A stretch of 64,000 nt of DNA, taken from Psammoneis japonica (lineage: Eukaryota). Each line of letters starts with the position of its first letter. Position 1 is the first letter of the stretch. Positions 57,501 through 64,000 of this stretch are shown here, piece by piece. Under the pieces are notes generated by a model. The model did no database searches and was not told where the DNA came from. It saw only the letters and a program-made list of their open reading frames with translations. The stretch is taken from contig QPGO01000034.1 in NCBI GenBank assembly GCA_008632985.1, positions 449,311-513,310 on the forward strand, in the 5' to 3' direction. The position numbers were made by a program, and so were the translations under genes.

Positions 57501-59450
57501 ACCAAACTTGTCAAACTCACCAAACTTGCCAAAGCCGCAAAATGTGCTGAACTTGCCAAGCTTGCCAAACTTGTCAAACTTGCGAAACTTGCCAAACCCA
57601 CCAAACTTGGCAAACTTGCCAAACTCACCAAACTTGCCAAACCCACCAAACTTGCCAAACTCAGCAAACTTGCCAAACTTGCCAAGTGCGCCAAACTTGC
57701 CAAACTCGCCAAACCCACCAAACTTGTCAAACTTGCCAAACACACCAAATTTGCCAAACCTGCAATGCCAGCACAGCCAAAGGAACAAAGTGCAACACAC
57801 AAGACAGCGCCTCTTTTTGGAGTGGGTGACCACTCTTTTTTTGAAGATCTGACTGATCCTGCCACATGCTGATGTTTTCTGCGTGGATTTCTTGCACTTG
57901 CAGGAATCACCAAAAACCAAAAAAAGCCCAAAAAAGTGTTTTCACATGGGGGGCATTGCTGTCTCATTCACAATTCATGCCAAACTTTGCACATTGCTGA
58001 AAAAGCTCATTGTTGCACATGACATGAACACATGTGCAACATGAAGATTTGACTGTGTGTTGCCCCAAATGCAACTCAATGTTTTGCATGTGGCCCCAAA
58101 CAAAATTCAATGCTTTGCTGTCATGTGCTTTTGTGGCAGAAAAGGCAACACACAAACTGTCTGTGCTGTGTGCTGTTTGTGCACACCTTCTTGACAACAT
58201 CCCATTCCTCCATTGGCCATTGTTCCCATGTTGCTGCAGTTTCTCTGTGCACAAGTTTGTGCTCTGCAAAACTCCCTCATGTGTTTTCTCTTTGACAACA
58301 AATGTGTTGGGGGCAAACAACATTGCGTTGTCAAACGTGTGACAACCTGCCATGTTGGCTTGGGCATTGTTTTTTCTTTGCCTTGCTCTGCCAGCCAGCC
58401 CACATCCAATGACAAACCCTGGGTTTCTTCTGTGTGCACTGCAGTGCTGTCTTTTATTTTGACCAAGTGCCAGTCTGCATGACTGAAAATGTGCCCAGTG
58501 CCTCTTGCAACAACTTGCTTGCCACAGCATCCATTTGTGCAGACCAAATTCCCAGAGATCTTCTGCTGGCTTTGCTGCAAATTGTGCCATGTTTTTTGCT
58601 TCCTGCTGGCAACAAGGCCACTTCAAAGATGCCTCCCTGCTCAACAACTGTGTTCTCACCCCAGCTCTGCACCAGCATGTGCAGCACTGGTTCAAACAGA
58701 AATGCCTTGTTAAATTTCTCTGCAACCTTGGCACAAATGAGCATTGCTTCATGCAGCTGCAGGTCAGCACCGCTGTCTTGTTGAGTGAGAGCCTCTGGAG
58801 GTGTGTTGAAAACAGTCGACTCCCTGTTGTTTTTTGTTGAGGCAAGCATGCAATTGCCCCAAAGACTTGACAATCAGCTGGCACACAAAGTGGCAACAAA
58901 CCACGCATCAACTCATTGTTGCCTTGACTGCTTTCTTGCTTGCCAGAGTGCTGCTTTTTCCTCAGGATGTCTGCTCTTGGTTTTTCCAAGAAGATTGCAG
59001 TGCCCTTCATCAACAAGCAACATCTGCTGCAGCAGCTCTCAAGCATGCCATGAAGCTCTTGCTGCTCCCTTGACTTCTCTTTTGTGGAAATGGCTGCACC
59101 ACATTGCGCAACTTTGTGCTCCCCTTGAAGCTGTCAGTGTGAGCGTGCCCCAAAGCCTGCCATGATGCCTGCTCCATGTCTGATGCCTGGCCTCTTTGCA
59201 AGTCTGCCAAACTTGCCAAACTCACAAAACCTGCCAAACTTGCCAAACTCAGCACATTCGCCAAACTTGCCAAACACATCAAACTCGCCAAACTTGCCAA
59301 ACCCACCAAAAACTTGCCAAACTCAACAAACTTGTCAAACTTGTCAAACTCGCCAAACTCGCCAAACTTGCCAAACTCAACAAACCTGCCAGACTTGCCA
59401 AACCCACCAAATTGGTCTTGCCAAACTTGCCAAACTCAACAAACTTGCCA
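54562..59450. repeat. ~1-kb block present twice (54562-~55620 and 58281-~59450), each copy running into the 9-bp minisatellite
   Basis: Alignable by eye from TCTCTTTGACAACAAATGTGTTGGGGGCAAACAACATTGC through TCTGCCAAACTTGCCAAACTCACAAAACCTGCC. Confidence 0.9.
55440..57765. repeat. 9-bp minisatellite, consensus CCAAACTTG, ~2.3 kb; shorter array at 59203-59450
   Basis: Continuous CCAAACTTG/CCAAACTCA/CCAAACCCA variants, which produce the (LPN)n and (GKF)n pseudo-ORFs. Confidence 0.95.
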
Positions 59451-62400
59451 AGTGTTCTTCAACATTGACAGTGCTGTTGACGTCATCCAAGCTCATGCTG
59501 CGCAGACTTGCGGCAACTCCCTCACCAGGGAACAATGGTGTTGCATTCTGCCAGACCATCAGCGCATTTGGGACACCTTGCCTCAGTCCACCAAGGCCAT
59601 CATTCTTGGCCTGGGCACCTCCCACACTAGCAACTGCCATGACTTGATGGCAGTCAACCTGCACGACCTCCGTCTTGGCAGTGACGGTGATGTCAACTTG
59701 TCCACCAATGCCCATGATGTTGCGTCAACCCTCACACCATCTGACACTGCAGATGACACGGCCAATGCGGCCAACCCCATCCTGGCCCATCTCACATGGT
59801 GCAAGCCTTTGCCACCCGGCGACTTGCAATGTCTCCTGGCACTTGAACGGCACCCTTCTGCCCGCTCTGACAAGAAACCCCCCGGATCTACACCTTCCAT
59901 CCACTCCAACAAGAAATCCAATGGATCTGTGTCCTTCCATGCCGCCGACACTGACACTGAGCTCAACGGTCATAAATGCTGTTGTGTCAACAACCACAAT
60001 GTCATCTGCTCTGCCTCAACTCACAAATCAGTTTACAAAGGCGCTCCAGTGGATCGCGGTGCATGCGGTGGTGTTGCCGGTGATGATGGCAATGTCATTG
60101 CCCGCACTGGTTGCCAGGTTGATGTCCAAGGTGTCGATGATCACCAACTGGTTGGCATTCCCATTGTCACTGCTGGTGGTGTCATCCACACGCAACGCAG
60201 CCCTGTCATTGCCATCCTTCACCAGTGCACCTGCACTGGAAAGGGGAAGACCATGCACTCTTGCAGCCAGCTTGAGTGGCACAAACACAACATCAATGAT
60301 TGGTCCATCAAGGTTCCCAATGGTCTGCAGTGCATCACCACCATTGACGGATGCATCATTCCCATCAACATCAAGGCCGGCCTTCCGTGCATCACCACAT
60401 GCCCGCACACCGATGCCGAATGGGACACCCTGCTGCATGTTGTTCTCACTGGCAACAACACCTGGGATCCATCTGTCCTTGACCACCAGTTCATTGACGA
60501 TGAAAAGTGGTGTGATGCCATGTCTGACCTCCAAGACGACCCGACTGCCAACCTCTTTGACAAGTTTGGCAACTGTTGCCACCGCCATGTTGTCAACAAT
60601 GCCATGCTTGCAGACTCCATCCTTGATGACCACCTGCGCACAATGTTTGATTTCTTCTGTGAATGCCATGAGCGCAAGATCAATCCAAAGGATCCCAACT
60701 TTGAGTCTCTGCACTCTCATTTTGGCTTTCTCCTGAAGGACACTGTTTGCCGCACTTTTGATTGCACGATGCAATGCACCCGCATGCCAGCCAGCACACA
60801 CTTGAAAAAGGTGTGCAAGTCGGCCAGTCTGGCTCTAAATGTTCGCCGATGCAACGAACCTGTTGCCACTGACACGGTGCACTCTGACACCCCAGCCATT
60901 GACTCCAGCTGCACCAGCGCCCAGCTCTTTGTTGGCACCGAATCCCTTGTCACCGGCGTGCATGGAACCAAGACCAACAAGGAATTTGTCAACATGCTTG
61001 AGGACAGCATTTGTCATCGTGGTGCCCCGTCCAAGCTCATCAGCAACCGTGCTCAAGTTGAGATCAGCAACAAGGTTCTTGGCATCCTCCGTGCCCTCTT
61101 CATCTCTGGTTGGCAAAGCGAGCCTCATCAACAGCATCAGAATTTTGCTGAACATTGCTGCCAAACTGTGAAGACCATGGCCAACACCATCATGGATTGC
61201 TTTGGGTCTCTGGCTTGCACCTGGCTGCTCGCCCTGATGTGTGTGTGCTTCATGCTCAACCACACGGCATGTGCCAAGCTCCACCGGCACACCCCCACTG
61301 AAGTGCTGTCGGGCTCCACTCCTGACATCAGCCCACTCCTCCATTTTCAATGGTGGGAACCAGTGCACTGTCACCTGGATGATTCCAACACCACCTGAAT
61401 CCCGTGAATTATGTTGCGGTTGCTTTGTTGGCATTGCTGAACACGTGGGCCACCAAATGATGTTCAAGATTCTTTCTGACGACACTCAGAAGATTCTCTG
61501 CCATTCCAATGTGCATTCCGCCCATGATCCATCTGCTCCAAACCTGCGTCTTGATCCTCCTGATGAGAAACATGCTGACCCGTCATTAAATCCTGCCACG
61601 ACTCTGAGGATTTGCCAGATTCACCAGATGGGGAGGCAATCAGGATGCCCAAAATGCTGGTCTTTGACCCCGAGGACATCATTGGATGCACCTTCCTCAT
61701 GAAGCCACAAGAGGATGGACAACGCCACAGAGCCCGCATTGTCAAAGCCGTTGAGGACCATGACTGGAAAATCAGAGACAATCCTGAACTGGTCAAGTTC
61801 ATTTGCTCAATGGCGCAGGAATGGTGACCACTGCAAATGCATGGCAGTGCATGTGGGTGACCCAGCCTTCACCATGAAGGACCCCCAGGCTTTTGCAGAC
61901 ACCCTCATGGAGAAACACAAGTTCAAGCTCAAGGGCACTGGACCACTGGAGTTCCATCTTGGTTGTGATTTCACCCATGATCCAGATGGCACCCTGTGCC
62001 TTGCTCCCCGCAAATGCATTGAGCGCATGGTTGACAACTGCACGTGGCTCTTTGGGGAGAAGCCCTGCACTGATGTGCTTTCACCCCTTGACAAGGGAGA
62101 CCACCCTGAGCTTGACACTTCCTAATTACTCAAACTGGATGGCATCCACCCACTCCAATCCTTGATTGGTTCCCTGCAATGGGCCGCATCCCTTGGTCAC
62201 ATTGACATCACTGCAGCTGTCATGTCTCTGTCTAGCTTGCATGCAGTGCCCCGCCAGGGCCGCCCAGACCGTGCCAAACGTGTCTGCAGATTCCTCTCCA
62301 AGATGTGTCATGGTGCCCTTTGATTGCTCACCAAGGAGCCCAAATGTTCAGACCTTCCCAAGCCCGTGTGTGACTGGGCCCAGTCTGTGCATGGGGAGGT

Positions 62401-63311
62401 AGAAGAGCTGCTCCCGCAAGATGCACCTGAGCCACTTGGCAAGTTCGTCACCACAACACACTGCGTCAATGCAAACTTGTTCCATTGCATGCTCACTGGA
62501 TGCTCTGTCACCGGCATCCTCCATTTCCTCAACAAGTTTCTGGCTGATTGGTTCTCTAAGAAACAAGCAACAGTCAAGACTGCCATGTGTGGATCCGACA
62601 AGTTTGTTGCCGCAAGGACGTGCATTGAGCAGATCATTGACCTGCGCATCACTTTACGTTGCCTTGGCATCCCCATTTGCAAAACATGTTGCATGTTTGG
62701 GGACAACAAGTTGGTTGTGGACAGTGCTGCCATCCTGCACTCCAAGCCACACAAGCAACACACTGCCCTCTCATTCCATCATGTGTGTGAGGCAACTGCC
62801 TCCAGTTTCCTTGAGTTTCATTTCATCAAAAGTTCCCACAACCCAGCTGACATCCTCAGCAAGCATTGGGGTCACTCCCAAGTCTGGAGCCTCCATCCTC
62901 TAATGTTTTGGAACTTCGATCCCAAGGCTTTCAACCAATCTGACCTCAAATCTGTTGCTGTTGACCCCTCAAGCAAACTGGGGAGTGTCAGGATTTGAAC
63001 AAGATTTCAGTTCATCACACACAATTACATGCATGCTCTTAGTTCCGCGCGGGTCACGTGATGCAGTTTGCTTTCAAGCCACTCAGCTCACAAGAACAAT
63101 GACAGCAGTGCCGACATCACAACACCAGTCTTTTGGCTCCTGCAACAGTCTCTGCATGGAGACTCATCTGCCATTTGGACAGCAGCAAGGAGTTGTTGTT
63201 TTCTTCCACCCAGTCATCTTCAATTTCTGTCACATGACAGTCGTGAGACCTGTTTGTTCTTTGTGATGTCAGAAAAGAGCTCTGATGCATGTTGCTGAAA
63301 GATCCCTGACA
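59450..63311 (+). mobile_element. Ty1/copia LTR retrotransposon (diatom CoDi-like), 5'-truncated, internally deleted and mutated
   Basis: Gag end IWDTL..KAIILG; protease VDRGA.GGVAG; integrase NEPVATDT, RGAPSKLIS and SEPHQQHQN; RT tail; RNase H SKKQATV, MFGDN and NPADILSKHW. Domain order PR-IN-RT-RH; PPT GGGGAG at 62980-62985. Confidence 0.92.
62986..63311 (+). repeat. 3' LTR of the copia element
   Basis: Starts TGTCAGG directly after the PPT and ends CCTGACA (inverted termini TG...CA); 326 bp. Confidence 0.75.
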
Positions 63312-64000
63312 ACTCAACATTCAGCACAAACATGAAGTGAGAGAGCCTCAAGACCCACACACATCAATTGTGCTGAAAGAACAACAAATTTGGAAGAGCA
63401 TGTTGTCAATGCAACCCATCCCAGTGCTGCATGGCTTGAGCCCATCAAAAACAGAAGTTGCTGAATGATTGCTGGCTGTGTTTCCTTGAGTTAAAGGCCT
63501 GGTGCAATTGCCAATGACCAAGACACCAAGCAAAATGAGCCTGCACCCAGTGCATCTCCAAGCAGCAGTGCAAAGTTTTGCATTTAGGACAGACAAACTC
63601 ATGTGGTGGTTGGCAAGCAACAAGACATCACTGTGCGTTGACCCACACTTGAGATGGGATGCTGCTGATTTGCATCAATTGATGGTGTCAACATGGACAA
63701 AAGACACAATGTGGTTGGAGACATGCTGTGTGTGGAGATTGAGAAACTTCAGCCAGTGTGGGTGGGATTGTGGAAGCAAAGACACTGCACCACCATGAAA
63801 AAGTTTTGTGACAAGAAAGAATTTTGTGACAAGACAGCAAGGCACTGGACATGCAGTTGGTGCCAAGGTGTGTGTCCACTGCCACACCAATGTTCCCCAC
63901 ACACATGATGACAAGAGTGTCATGGACAAAGCTGAGCTGTGCAGAATGAATGTGCACAAGACCAGCAAGTGCTGGCGTGTTTTTGGTTTGTGAATGCCAA

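Noticed and set aside
55440..57765. Degenerate telomeric repeat (CCCTAAA-like)
   Set aside because: The period is 9 bp rather than 6-7, and only minor variants resemble it.
55104..57967. Long ORFs (938, 843, 546, 523 aa) of GKF/LPN/LAK/LAS repeats
   Set aside because: They are translations of a stop-free 9-bp minisatellite, open in most frames on both strands.

Overview
Eukaryotic nuclear DNA, most likely from a diatom/stramenopile. This is inferred from short GT-AG introns, signal peptide + ASAF-type plastid presequences and diatom-type Ty1/copia remnants. The window has two sharply separated compartments. (1) 1-43.3 kb is a gene-dense arm with about 22 mostly housekeeping genes: DHX16/Prp2, D27-like, RRP46, CDF transporter, MTR4, FAM172A/Arb2-like, START, AAA ATPase, PIG-Q, RFC2, TRM10, NOM1, LysRS, eIF3h, two YbaB/EbfC-like genes and a cytidine deaminase-like gene. 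It also carries a 2.2-kb non-autonomous TIR transposon with a 10-bp TSD. (2) Right after a tRNA-Ser(UGA) gene at 43.3 kb, a repeat domain runs to the window end: a 254-bp satellite, (CA)n, two decayed copia elements and a 9-bp minisatellite. The main observation is that TpA dinucleotides are almost erased in this repeat domain and inside the euchromatic transposon. Repeat copies differ by TA->TG and TA->CA changes, and copia Tyr codons have become Cys or His, on top of ordinary CpG decay. This points to a repeat-directed A:T->G:C hypermutation process at TpA, RIP-like in logic but opposite in direction. I do not know of a description of it; a literature check is needed. All dinucleotide counts here are by eye and approximate, and family consensus motifs are from memory.
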